Of a stretch of DNA of 64,000 bases, positions 26,865 to 37,700 are shown in pieces (the stretch's first letter is position 1; every line of letters starts with the position of its first letter). A model generated the notes under the pieces. The model made no database searches, was not told the DNA's origin, and was given only the letters and a program-made list of their open reading frames with translations. The translations under genes and the position numbers were made by a program. Source of the DNA: Lentimicrobiaceae bacterium (GTDB lineage Bacteria; Bacteroidota; Bacteroidia; Bacteroidales; F082); assembly GCA_002708315.1 (NCBI GenBank), contig PANC01000017.1:7512-71511 (forward strand), given 5' to 3'.

Positions 26865-28112
26865 ATGAAATTTGGAGGAGCATTGATGAGTGATGCTCAA
26901 GGTATTGTAAAGGTAGGCCAACTTGTAGAAAAGTATAGTCCTGATCCTCTTGTAATAGTTGTATCTGCAATGGGAAAAATAACAAACAGTCTAGAAAACC
27001 TCCATGCCAACTATAAGAATAAACATAAATCAGAAAAATTATTCTTAGATATTAAAGATTACCATCTAAACCTTATTAATAAGCTTTTTCCGGAAGGGAA
27101 TGATGAACTGAATAAAGCCCTAAGTTCTATTTTCAATAAATTATTGGATTCTACTAATGAAACATATGAAAACATCTATGAGGCATATGACAGTATAGTT
27201 TCAATGGGTGAAGAAATATCCAGTTGTATTGTTTATTATTATTTGTTGAGTATGGGTATAAGTGTAAGGCTAATTAATGCTAAAAGTTTGATTACAACAA
27301 ATAGCAATTATACGGATGCGGATGTTCATTGGGAGTATACACAGAAATCCATAGAAACAAGTATTAATCCCATGTTAGAGGCTTCAGATGTGGTTGTAAC
27401 ACAAGGGTTTATCGGATCTGATATTTTTGGAAAGCCAACTACCTTGGGTCGTGAGGGTTCTGATTTTACAGCAGCTATATTTGGTAATATTATTAATGCA
27501 GATGAGGTTACTATATGGAAAAATGTACCTGGACTAATGAATTCTGACCCTGCAAGATTTGATGATTCAGAGAAGATTGAAAACATTTCTTACCATGAAG
27601 CAATTGAACTAGCCTATTATGGTGCTTCTGTAATTCATCCAAAAACCATACAACCACTGAAGCAGAAGAATATACCTTTGCTTGTGAGACCTTATTATGA
27701 TTCAAGCCTTATGCCTACAATAATTAACAATAATACTTCCAATGATTCAAGTACTCATAGTGTTATAGTAAAGGATGAACAGATTTTGATGTCCATAAGT
27801 ACACGAAACCTTTCTTTTATTGCTGAGGATAACTTAAAACAGATTTTCTCAGCATTTAGTAGAAATAGAATTCACATCAATATGATGCAAAATTCTGCTG
27901 TTAGTTTTTCTGTATCATTCACTAAAGAAAATGATAAATTAAAAGCTATAATTGGTGATTTATCTATGTTTAACCTAAAATATAATTCGGGTTTGCAGCT
28001 AATAACGATTAGGCATTATACCGATGAACTTATAAATAAGCACGTAATTAATAAAAAAGTTTATTTGCTTCAAAAAAGTAGAGTTACAGTACAGATTTTA
28101 TTATCGAAATAA
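26865..28112 (+). CDS. lysC: Aspartate kinase (monofunctional, with C-terminal ACT region)
   Basis: The ATG at 26865 gives MKFGGALMSD ... VVSAMGKITN. GREGSDFTAA and YYGASVIHPKT follow. The listed start at 26853 is a TTG four codons upstream. Confidence 0.85.
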   Translation: MKFGGALMSDAQGIVKVGQLVEKYSPDPLVIVVSAMGKITNSLENLHANYKNKHKSEKLFLDIKDYHLNLINKLFPEGNDELNKALSSIFNKLLDSTNETYENIYEAYDSIVSMGEEISSCIVYYYLLSMGISVRLINAKSLITTNSNYTDADVHWEYTQKSIETSINPMLEASDVVVTQGFIGSDIFGKPTTLGREGSDFTAAIFGNIINADEVTIWKNVPGLMNSDPARFDDSEKIENISYHEAIELAYYGASVIHPKTIQPLKQKNIPLLVRPYYDSSLMPTIINNNTSNDSSTHSVIVKDEQILMSISTRNLSFIAEDNLKQIFSAFSRNRIHINMMQNSAVSFSVSFTKENDKLKAIIGDLSMFNLKYNSGLQLITIRHYTDELINKHVINKKVYLLQKSRVTVQILLSK

Positions 28113-28520
28113 AATATTTTGTAAATTTTCCATTCACTTTAAGATTATTGGCCAAAGGTTTAGATGTTACTTTAATATACAATGGGTTTATGTTTATAAA
28201 TTGATGAGATTAAGATATAAATCGTTTGCGGAATTTTATTCGAATCATTCTTAGGGCGGTTGATATGCCATATACAATCACACAAATTATATCATAGTTT
28301 CATTTTGTTCATCATCGATTTATGGCTGTAAACACCATATCTACAGACTAATAACCTATATACTGCACTCTTAATGTCACATATATGGCTGACATATTAT
28401 TAATTGACTTACAATGTATGGACAAGATATTATGGATATTTAATAATTGTTGAATTCTAAAAACATGTTTAAGATTTTAAACTTAATGATTTTATTTACT
28501 TATAATTGAAGTGCAATATT

Positions 28521-28528
28521 TATCTTTG
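28521..28528 (+). promoter_or_regulatory. -7 promoter box TAnnTTTG (TATCTTTG)
   Basis: 32 nt upstream of the ATG at 28561. Confidence 0.5.
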
Positions 28529-28560
28529 TACCGGATTTTAAAATTTGAAAATTTAGTTAG

Positions 28561-29778
28561 ATGAAAGAATCAATTGCGATATTATGTGGTGGTGGTCCTG
28601 CACCAGGAATTAACTCTGTAATAAGCTCAGTATCACTAGTGTTTTTGAGATCAGGATATGAAGTTATAGGTATTCATGAAGGCTATAAGGGTTTGTTTTC
28701 AGATGATCCAAACACCATTGATATAGACTTTAATTTTGCAGATGATATCCATAAGCAGGGAGGGTCTGCGCTTCAGATGAGCAGACATAAACCCAAAGCC
28801 AATGAATTTTCTACCAAATTCTTCATGGATCATAACGTTAAATTGTTGGTGACAATTGGTGGGGATGATACTGCTTCAACTGCAAATCGAATATCTAAAT
28901 ATTTGAAGTCCAATGACGTAAATATACAGAATATCCATGTGCCTAAGACTATCGATAATGATTTGCCACTACCTCCAGGAATTCCAACTTTTGGATATCA
29001 TAGTGCAAAACAGGAAGGAGTAAGAATATCACAAACTATCTATGAAGATGCAAGAACAAGTGGTAATTGGTTTGTATTATCAGCAATGGGACGTGAAGCT
29101 GGCCACCTTGCATTTGGAATTGGAGCAGCTTGTCATTTCCCTATGATTATAATACCAGAGATGTTTGATAAAGTGGAGGTTACTTTTGACAAAATTATAA
29201 ATCTGGTTATTTCAGCAATTGTCAAAAGAAAAATTGAAGGTGTTGACTATGGAGTGGCTATAATTAGTGAGGGAGTGTTCCATTTTATGAGTGATGAAGA
29301 AATTAAAAATTCTGGAATTAATTTCTCATATGATGATCATGGTCATCCCGAATTAGGTAATGTCAGCAAGGCTCATATATTCAATGTTTTACTGCAGGAT
29401 AAGCTAACTGAGATGGGATTAAATGTTAAAAGTAGGCCAGTGGAATTAGGTTATGAGCTTCGTTGTGTTCAACCAACTGCATATGACCTTATGTACTGTG
29501 GAATGCTTGGTTTTGGCGTTAAGAAATTATTCGATGAAGGAAGAACGGGATGCATGGTAACTGCCAACCCAGTTGGAGAAATAAATCCATTATATCTCGA
29601 TGATGTTGCTGACGAATCTGGAAAGGTACAGCCTCGGTTAGTTGATATTAATGGTGATAAGGCAAAAATGGTTTATAACCAGGGACTTCAATTTGTTGAA
29701 CCAGGTGATTACGAGTCAGCAAAAAAGTTTGTTACCAATCCTCAAGAATTGGACTTTAGAGCTATACTAGGTTGGTAA
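28561..29778 (+). CDS. pfp: Pyrophosphate-dependent 6-phosphofructokinase (diphosphate--fructose-6-phosphate 1-phosphotransferase)
   Basis: It has the PFK fold (GGGPAPGIN). The two phosphoryl-donor discriminators are in the PPi state: IGGDDTAS (Asp instead of the Gly of GGDGS) and PKTIDND (Lys instead of the Gly of PGTIDND). Confidence 0.8.
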   Translation: MKESIAILCGGGPAPGINSVISSVSLVFLRSGYEVIGIHEGYKGLFSDDPNTIDIDFNFADDIHKQGGSALQMSRHKPKANEFSTKFFMDHNVKLLVTIGGDDTASTANRISKYLKSNDVNIQNIHVPKTIDNDLPLPPGIPTFGYHSAKQEGVRISQTIYEDARTSGNWFVLSAMGREAGHLAFGIGAACHFPMIIIPEMFDKVEVTFDKIINLVISAIVKRKIEGVDYGVAIISEGVFHFMSDEEIKNSGINFSYDDHGHPELGNVSKAHIFNVLLQDKLTEMGLNVKSRPVELGYELRCVQPTAYDLMYCGMLGFGVKKLFDEGRTGCMVTANPVGEINPLYLDDVADESGKVQPRLVDINGDKAKMVYNQGLQFVEPGDYESAKKFVTNPQELDFRAILGW

Positions 29779-29779
29779 G

Positions 29780-30241
29780 CTATAGTTTCTTCTCAAGTTT
29801 CTCAATTTCTTTATTTCCAGACATTAGTGGCATTATTATAGTAGTATCACTTTTTAGCATGAATTCTGACTTTCTAAATGTAGGAGGTGATTTGGGTTTG
29901 TGATGGTAATCGGAAACGCAAACGGGTTCTATGGGAATACCAAAAATACCAGTATCTAATTTTTTATTATTGTTCAGATCTTGAAAACCAGCGGCAGCAT
30001 AAATGCCTGCATGCTTAATGTTAAAAGTTAATTTTATAGTTTTTGTTTTTGGAATAACTATTACTGAATCAATGGCATGTGACTTGTTTTTAAAGTCTTT
30101 CTTACTATCATAAATACCAACATATAACCTGGTGTCATAGGAATTTATATTTTCAATTTCCAGTGTAAGGGTGATATTATCTTGAGCAAGAATATAATTG
30201 GAAGATATTGATAATATGAGTATTAATGCGAAATTCTTCAT
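29780..30241 (-). CDS. DUF2141 family secreted protein
   Basis: It has a signal peptide and GIYAAAGFQDLNNNKKLDTGIFGIPIEP, which matches the characteristic DUF2141 core (G-x-YA ... D-x-N-x-N-x-KLD ... GIP-x-E). Confidence 0.7.
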   Translation of the reverse strand: MKNFALILILSISSNYILAQDNITLTLEIENINSYDTRLYVGIYDSKKDFKNKSHAIDSVIVIPKTKTIKLTFNIKHAGIYAAAGFQDLNNNKKLDTGIFGIPIEPVCVSDYHHKPKSPPTFRKSEFMLKSDTTIIMPLMSGNKEIEKLEKKL

Positions 30242-30251
30242 GGCAATTTTT

Positions 30252-31541
30252 TTAACGATTATCTATGAACACTTTTGGTTTCCGAGAGTCATTTGTGAAA
30301 TGTAATTTTACTATTTCTTGTGGACTATGAAATTCTATTTCTGGAGCTACTCTCAACTTAGCCCGAAAATTATCTTTTATATTTTTCTCATTATCTGATT
30401 TATGAGATAATGAACCTATTTTAATCAAAAGTTCATCAATGCCTAATTCATTTGATGAAACTTCAACGATGTAATTATCTATGTAATCAATTTCGTTCAA
30501 TATATCATATATGGCAGGAGGATATATGGTTGTGCCTTTTAGTTTTATCATTTGCTGCTTTCTTCCAATTACAGGCCCTAATCTCATTGTGGTCCTTCCA
30601 CATTTACATGGTTCTGTGTGATGATAGCACATATCCCCAGTTTTGAATCTTAATAAAGGCATCCCTTCCACACCAATTGTAGTTATTGTAACCTCTCCGG
30701 CTTCTCCTTCGGAAACAGGGTTATTATTCTCGTCTAAAAATTCAACTATTATCATCTCAGGATGATGGTGCCCTCCTTTACCTTCTGAACATTCTGTAAA
30801 TGCAGTTCCCATTTCTGTGGAAGCGTATGTAGAATAAAGCTTTAAATCCCATTCTTTAGTTATTTTCCTCCCCAATTGATTTAAAGTAAAATCAGGATTT
30901 CTTATGGGTTCTCCAATGCAAATTGCTTTCTTTATACTTGTTCCATTAAGACTAATATTGTTATTTAATGCATATGTAATTAATTTGGGAATAAAGGATG
31001 GTACTGTTACAAATCCAGTTGGATTGAACCTTCTAATGGATTCAAATTGCATTTTCTGAAGGCCTGGACCAGTTCTAATTATACCCGCACCTAGTTTTCG
31101 TAATCCCATAAAATAAGCCATGCCAGCCATAAATCTTTTGTCTAGTGTAACCAATAGCTGATATATGTCTTCTTTGGTAGTATCAGCGCATAAAAATGAA
31201 ATATATTCATTGTAAGCTAATCTCTCCAAATCGCCGTTGGTCATTGCAAATATTACTGGTTCGCCAAGAGTGCCCGAAGTAGTTATATAATCAATAACCT
31301 TATCTTTTTCTACGCATAAGAAATCATGATTATGTTTCTGCAAATCGTTTTTTGTAGTTACAGGAATTCTAGTGAGGTCACCTAGAGTCTTTATCGTGTT
31401 TAAATTAATACTATTATCATCAAATAATCTTCTATAAAAGTTGGAATTACTATTTAAATAGCCTAAAATATTTGGAAGTTGACTTTCTTGAAATTTTATA
31501 ATTTCTTCCTTACTTTTTGTTTCAATTTTTGGAATACTCAT
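30252..31541 (-). CDS. PaaK/coenzyme-F390-synthetase-like adenylate-forming enzyme (acyl/aryl-CoA ligase family)
   Basis: It has TTSGTLGEPV (P-loop-like A3 motif), YASTEMG (A5) and RFKTGDM (A8-like). The 429-aa short-form architecture resembles phenylacetate-CoA ligase. Confidence 0.75.
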   Translation of the reverse strand: MSIPKIETKSKEEIIKFQESQLPNILGYLNSNSNFYRRLFDDNSINLNTIKTLGDLTRIPVTTKNDLQKHNHDFLCVEKDKVIDYITTSGTLGEPVIFAMTNGDLERLAYNEYISFLCADTTKEDIYQLLVTLDKRFMAGMAYFMGLRKLGAGIIRTGPGLQKMQFESIRRFNPTGFVTVPSFIPKLITYALNNNISLNGTSIKKAICIGEPIRNPDFTLNQLGRKITKEWDLKLYSTYASTEMGTAFTECSEGKGGHHHPEMIIVEFLDENNNPVSEGEAGEVTITTIGVEGMPLLRFKTGDMCYHHTEPCKCGRTTMRLGPVIGRKQQMIKLKGTTIYPPAIYDILNEIDYIDNYIVEVSSNELGIDELLIKIGSLSHKSDNEKNIKDNFRAKLRVAPEIEFHSPQEIVKLHFTNDSRKPKVFIDNR

Positions 31542-31546
31542 ATTAA

Positions 31547-33247
31547 TTACCTTACTTTTGATTCTAGTTCTGTAATTTTATACTTAACATTATCAGCAGC
31601 TGTGGTGTTTTCAAATTCTTTTGAAAGAGAAAGTTTATAATAATCCAAGGCTCTATCATAATCCTTTATATCATAAAAATAATTAGCTGCTAGAACATAT
31701 CCTTGATAGTAATCTGGATTTACCGATATAAATTCGTTGATGAGATTATCATTATTCTTAATATCAGTTCCATTATTTAAATTATCAATCAATACTTTTT
31801 TAAGCTTTCTAAATTTATTTATACTTGCCAATTCATTATTTATGGTTAATGAATCTGCATTTATTATTCTAACGGAATCATAAATTACTTCCCCTATTCC
31901 TCTCAAATCTGTTTTAGAAAACACATTATCAACATTATAGTTAAGAAAAGCTCCAAATTGATAATCTGTTGTAGATACCCAAAAATCATGTTGGAGGGGT
32001 TGAAATATTATACTATGATGTGAAATAAACTGAGCCATTGCTTTTTCATTTCCAATGCCTATACTTGTATCATCAATTCCATTATAGTCTCTCAAAATTG
32101 ATGCAGCATTCTCATAAGTAATTGTATCATGTTTACTCACTAATTCCAATGCTCTATTTTGTCTATAAACTGATGCAGACTGCTCAATATATTCTTGATT
32201 ATTGGGTTCATTTTTAAATTTATCACTCTGAAAATGATTTGAACAGATTAGTAAATCTTCTTTTGGGTAAAAGGTATCAAATTCTCCTGGTGATTTCTCA
32301 ATTATGATAGCATTATTATCTTCGGCTGACCCAACTAATATTGATTCTGAAACAAATGTCTCTCTTTTTCTTGCAATTGCAATTGCTTCATTAATATTAC
32401 CTGCGTATTGAAGAATCTCACGAGCAAGTAGTGATATTGGCATTTTTGCTTTAGTCGGCATATCAGACTTAGCTGCATTTATTGTAACAGTTAAGCCCTT
32501 TTTATTTATTCCAGAGACAACACCAATCATACTTGCCCAAGTTACATAAGCAAATTCATGACCACTATCAGGTTTAATAAAAGCGACAATTTTATTTTCA
32601 GCAAATTCATCATTAATGTAAAAATCAAAATTTCGGCCAATTATGAGGGAGCTATCATTAAATCCAAGATTTGCACCAAACGAAGTGCAGCCCACAAGTG
32701 CAAGGTTCTGCAATGCATGACCAATGTCGTGAGCTCCATGATAATTTAGCATTCTTTCATACTTAGTTCCAATGTACTCGTAATTATCTGTCGCACTAAA
32801 AGAGACACCATATATTTCTTCAATGTATTCCGGAGGCACATATTTATGCATATCACGGTTAAACCATGCAATAAAGTATTTTAAAAATCTTAAATACCCT
32901 TTGGAAGGAACTAGAGTATTTATTTGATCCACAAATGAGTCCTCTTGTTGTTTTATAAGTTCCTTTGTTAGTTTACCATTTATAACTCCAATCTCGAAAG
33001 GATTTCCTTCTAAATACATCTCCCATAGCCCAAAAGCATTTTTTCTAAGCCATGAATTACCAACAATAAAATAATTGCTATCATATATTTCACGTTCTAA
33101 ATCAAGCACTTCCATATTATCTATATTGGGAGGGCTTATAGTTGTCATAAGATTAAATATTATTGTGATTGTTACCACTACAATAACAAGCAAAATGGAA
33201 ATATTTCTAAGTTTTATCAAATACTTATATTTCTTGTTAGGTTTCAT
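31547..33247 (-). CDS. Membrane-anchored C45-family Ntn enzyme (acyl-CoA:6-APA acyltransferase-like) with C-terminal TPR-like region
   Basis: It has an N-terminal positively charged stretch plus one TM span. A putative self-processing/nucleophile site LVG-CTSF is present (Cys187, codon 32687-32689), followed by IGRNFDF. The C-terminal ~80 aa are TPR-like (YYQGYVLAANYFYDIKDYDRALDYYKLSL). Confidence 0.6.
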   Translation of the reverse strand: MKPNKKYKYLIKLRNISILLVIVVVTITIIFNLMTTISPPNIDNMEVLDLEREIYDSNYFIVGNSWLRKNAFGLWEMYLEGNPFEIGVINGKLTKELIKQQEDSFVDQINTLVPSKGYLRFLKYFIAWFNRDMHKYVPPEYIEEIYGVSFSATDNYEYIGTKYERMLNYHGAHDIGHALQNLALVGCTSFGANLGFNDSSLIIGRNFDFYINDEFAENKIVAFIKPDSGHEFAYVTWASMIGVVSGINKKGLTVTINAAKSDMPTKAKMPISLLAREILQYAGNINEAIAIARKRETFVSESILVGSAEDNNAIIIEKSPGEFDTFYPKEDLLICSNHFQSDKFKNEPNNQEYIEQSASVYRQNRALELVSKHDTITYENAASILRDYNGIDDTSIGIGNEKAMAQFISHHSIIFQPLQHDFWVSTTDYQFGAFLNYNVDNVFSKTDLRGIGEVIYDSVRIINADSLTINNELASINKFRKLKKVLIDNLNNGTDIKNNDNLINEFISVNPDYYQGYVLAANYFYDIKDYDRALDYYKLSLSKEFENTTAADNVKYKITELESKVR

Positions 33248-34739
33248 CTAAATTGATCTCCTTAATAAGATTTGCAGTGCCAAAAAACTCACCACATGTA
33301 ATAATTGCGCTTAGGCTAACGCCTAATACTCCATGGAGGTTCAGATTTTGTCCGGTGAAAAATAAATTATCAAGTTTAGTTTTTGTATGAATATAAGAAC
33401 CCAATGGATTTTTGTGGTCTCTTAAGGTTCCATACATTGACCCCTTTGGTGAACCAAGATAATCTAGATAAGTTAATGGAGTTGAAATGTAGTAACTATC
33501 AATACTTTCTTTTAATTCTGGAAATTGTTTAGAAGCAAGTTCAATTAGTTTTTTTGCCTTATCCTCCTTAAATTCTTTGTAATCAGCTCCTCTCTTTTTT
33601 GAGTCTAAATCTTTCCACTTTGCTACTTCTTCAAATTCCATATGAGTAAGTAAACCAATACATTTAGCATACTTACCTCCATCGTGTGGAACACTGTAAT
33701 GCATAAAATAATGTTCAGGCCAGGTAACCGAATTATAATTAGATGCATACCAAACATCATCACCTTTGTAATAATTGTAGTTATGATTACGATATTTAAA
33801 GCAATTATCCTTTAAAACTAAATTGATAGCAAATGCAGAAAGAGTATTTTCTTTTCTGTTCATTCTGTTCCTAAAAGATTTCTTGATTCCACCATCAGGT
33901 ATAAGGCTCATTGTGGTAGAAGGATGGACGTTGGATATGAAATTTTTTGCTGTAAATACATCTCCGTTAATTGTTTTCACAGATTTTACCAAATCATCTG
34001 CCGTATCAATACCTATAACTGCGCTATTTGTTATAACCTTGCCACCATTGGCAATTATCTGAGATACTAATTTTTCTGAGATTTGCGAGCTACGACCTAC
34101 TATTCTATATGCACTGGATATATAATGGTTGTTGATAAGTGCATGAACATATAAGGGAGATTTACTCTTAACACCTCCATAAACAAAATTTAGAGCGGAT
34201 AATACTTGCTGTAACTTTTTGTTGGTTGTTAATGACTGAATAAATTCCCAGGTATTTATTTTGTGGTATTCATTAATATTTATTTCATTATTACCATTTG
34301 CATGTAATAAGTTAACTTCTTGTAAGTCAATAACTTTGTGAATTTCTTCAATATAATTATCAATGGCAACTTCTTCGTCAGGAAAATAATCAATCATCTT
34401 TTTTCTAAAGCTATCCCAGCCAATTGGAAACTCGTATTCATAACCTCCAATATTAAATACATCAAAACACGCATCATCTAGCCTTTGGTAAGCTATATCA
34501 TCAAGCAGACCGAAATAGCTAAAAATTTTATGAAGAGGTTGTCCCTTATCCAAGCCTCCAAGATAATGTAATCCTGTACTAAAATTATATCCTTTACGAT
34601 TGTATGATTGCAAGGAACCTCCATATTGATAATTCTTTTCAAGAACCAAAACCTTCATTCCATGTTTTGCCATTAAGGCGCCACAGAGCAGTCCACCCAA
34701 TCCACTACCTAATATTATGGAGTCGTATTGATAGCTCAA
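33237..34739 (-). CDS. NAD(P)/FAD-dependent oxidoreductase (phytoene-desaturase/CrtI-like family)
   Basis: It has the dinucleotide fold DSIILGSGLGGLLCGALMAKHGMKVLVLEKNYQYGG. The start is a forced TTG that overlaps the upstream TGA (TTGA at 34736-34739). Confidence 0.75.
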   Translation of the reverse strand: MSYQYDSIILGSGLGGLLCGALMAKHGMKVLVLEKNYQYGGSLQSYNRKGYNFSTGLHYLGGLDKGQPLHKIFSYFGLLDDIAYQRLDDACFDVFNIGGYEYEFPIGWDSFRKKMIDYFPDEEVAIDNYIEEIHKVIDLQEVNLLHANGNNEININEYHKINTWEFIQSLTTNKKLQQVLSALNFVYGGVKSKSPLYVHALINNHYISSAYRIVGRSSQISEKLVSQIIANGGKVITNSAVIGIDTADDLVKSVKTINGDVFTAKNFISNVHPSTTMSLIPDGGIKKSFRNRMNRKENTLSAFAINLVLKDNCFKYRNHNYNYYKGDDVWYASNYNSVTWPEHYFMHYSVPHDGGKYAKCIGLLTHMEFEEVAKWKDLDSKKRGADYKEFKEDKAKKLIELASKQFPELKESIDSYYISTPLTYLDYLGSPKGSMYGTLRDHKNPLGSYIHTKTKLDNLFFTGQNLNLHGVLGVSLSAIITCGEFFGTANLIKEINLDET

Positions 34740-37700
34740 TTCTTTTGGGATTTAATTATATAAATAATATTTGATGTTCTTTTTGTATTATCAATAACAT
34801 CCATCTTCATATTTCTATGGGTTACTATTTTTTCAATTTTTAACTTAGAGGTAAATTCTAGTTTATTGTCATATTTGTTAAACCCTAATCTTGTGGAGAA
34901 AAATTCAGTTACAATAGTTCCAATGTGTCTGCTTGTCATATCTTTATCAGCATCCCTTATAATAATCATACCATTTTCATTTAAGCTACTTATGCATGAA
35001 TCTATTATCAGCTCTTGCTTATCAGTGGGAAGATAATGGAGAACATCATTTAGTATGAATACGTCAGATTTATTGAGGACTAAGTTAGTTATATCTGCTG
35101 AAATAAAAGTAACATTATCTGATTTTACTGCACAGTTCTTTGCAGTAGCAATTTTATTATAATCATAATCTACTCCAGTGATAACTCTATCATTGGACAT
35201 CAACCCAAGTAAAAGACTTAAATAACCATAGCCACAACCTAGATCACTTACTACTGAGGTATTAGGAATTAAATCATTAAATAATTTATAATCATCTTCA
35301 AGATTGATTTTTATTTTTGTATACCATTCTAATACTGGTCCTTTGTAAATGAAATTATTTTTTATAAAGTTGCTGAAATAATTTGGTGTCTCTAAGTATC
35401 TAGCAACTTCGTGGTATTCATTCTCAAAGTACTTCTTGATGTTTTTTGCTTGATCTCTTGGTGTGACTCCAAAGGCGTGTTCATTAACCCTAATTCGCGG
35501 AAGAAATTTAGTTACTATTTCAGCTCTTTTAAGAAAAAATTCACTTTTCTTTAGGGCTTCCTTTTGCCCATAAATAATAATTGGTAATATTTCTAAATCC
35601 AATTCGGATGCAAGCTGAAAAGCTCCCTTATGAAATCTTTTTAACTTATTACCTTCTGATCTGTGTCCTTCGGGAAAAATAACAACGGAGTACCCTTCAT
35701 CTGTTTGTTTTTTAACCTGCTCTAGCATATAATCAAAATCACCATCTACTTCAATGAAGCCAGCATACCTTAGTGCACGACCGTAAATAGGGCTTGAAAA
35801 ATTTCTTGGGTTTGTTAGTGCAACAACACGCCAGTTTAGTAACATCATTAACATTACATCAACATGGCTTTGGTGATTTGCAATAATAATAGAAGGCTTA
35901 ATATAATCTTCACCAGTTGTGTTAATAATTGTCTTCTTAGACATAAAATTCATGTATATCATTAACCATGTTAGATACCTGAATACTTTGTGAAGTAGAA
36001 CTTTCTTCTTTGATCTTTTTATTGGCACAAATTCAAATAGAATAGTAATAAGAGAAAGTATTATAGAACCTGAAACAAATACCAGAAGTGCCCATATTGA
36101 GAATATTAAATCTATAAAAGTTATCGGTCTGTTTCGTTTACCATTCTTATTGTATACTAGCCATCGAAAAATTATGGGTAATAATGAAAAGGTTACTATT
36201 ATTACAGACATAATTCCAATAATTGACATTATTGCTATTGATCTTAATGCTGGATGTTGTGCAAATATCAATACTCCCACACCAGCTATTGTAGTGATCC
36301 CAGATAGAATTATGGATACTTTATAATGCGTTAATTCTTCCTTACCAGTTTTGAATTCCAATAATAGTCCTCTCATTATAAATATGCTATAGTCTATGCC
36401 AAGGCCAAATATAAATGTAAGAATAATTACATTGAAAATATTAAAATCTATTCCTAATATGCCCATAATCCCAACTGTCCAAATCCAGCTTACAATTATT
36501 GGAATCATTGTTATAATGGCAAGTTCGATTCTACCGTAGGCAATTAGAAGAATTAAAAATACTAGTGATAGTGATATGGTTACTAATTTGTTAAAGTTGT
36601 TATTGAGGATTGTTACAAATTCACTGGTTATAAGCCTTTTGTCAATAATCCAAACATGATCCATATCATCAAATTGATTGTAAACAGCATTTATGTCTGT
36701 ATTTAAATTATTAACCTTTATAATATTTATAATTGCACAAAGAGAGTCTTTTTCAATTAAAAAATTTTCAATGAAGAGATCATAAATAATTTTAGAGTCT
36801 TCTATAGTTATTGTATGATAATCTTTTTTAAGAAGTTCAAAAAAATCATCAAATGCGTTTTCTCTAAAGCCTGACTTTGTAGCGCATGAATCTATTATTA
36901 TTTTTAGGTTTTGAGATTTATTTACCCAATAATTATTCCATTTATCAATCGCATTATTTTGGTCATTTTGTGATGGGAATATTTTATTAATTACTGAAGC
37001 CCCTTTTATTAAACCATTAGCTTCAAGTTCATAAATTATTTTCCCAACTTCAGCATTTCTTTCAAGTGCTTTTTGTGAGTCTTTGCCCGTTGTAACTATG
37101 TAAATAGTTTTTTTGCTAAGGCTTGTTATAGCATTAATTCTTTTCTCTGTTTCAGCAAGCTGATCACTCATGTAGTTGTTTTTCATCATATCTGCATCAA
37201 AACCTACATTACTTGATGTTATGAAAAGAATTATTGTAATGATTACTATGATGTATTTCAAATATTTACCTCTGGAGTAATCATACTTTGCAATAGTATC
37301 TATGATTGATAAGTTACTCTTACGCTTATCTTTTGACTTACCCAATAAATGTGGCATAACAACCAATGAAAATATTGCTGCACTTATTATACTAATAGCT
37401 GCGAATAGACCTAGATCATTTAGGGCTGCGGAATTAACAAAATATAATGACAAGAAAGCAGAAGCAGTTGTCAAACTACTTAAAATAATGGATCCTGATA
37501 AATTATTTAGAATTGTTGTTTTTGACACTCCTTCTCGAAAATGAGAATATATATGTAGTGAGTAATCTATACATATTCCCAAAAGTACAGCCCCAATACC
37601 CAATGAAATGGCGCTTACCTCTCCTTTAATAAGATATAAGACTGCAAGTGAAACAATTGCACCAAATATAGCAGGCATAAATATTATTATGAATGCTCTC

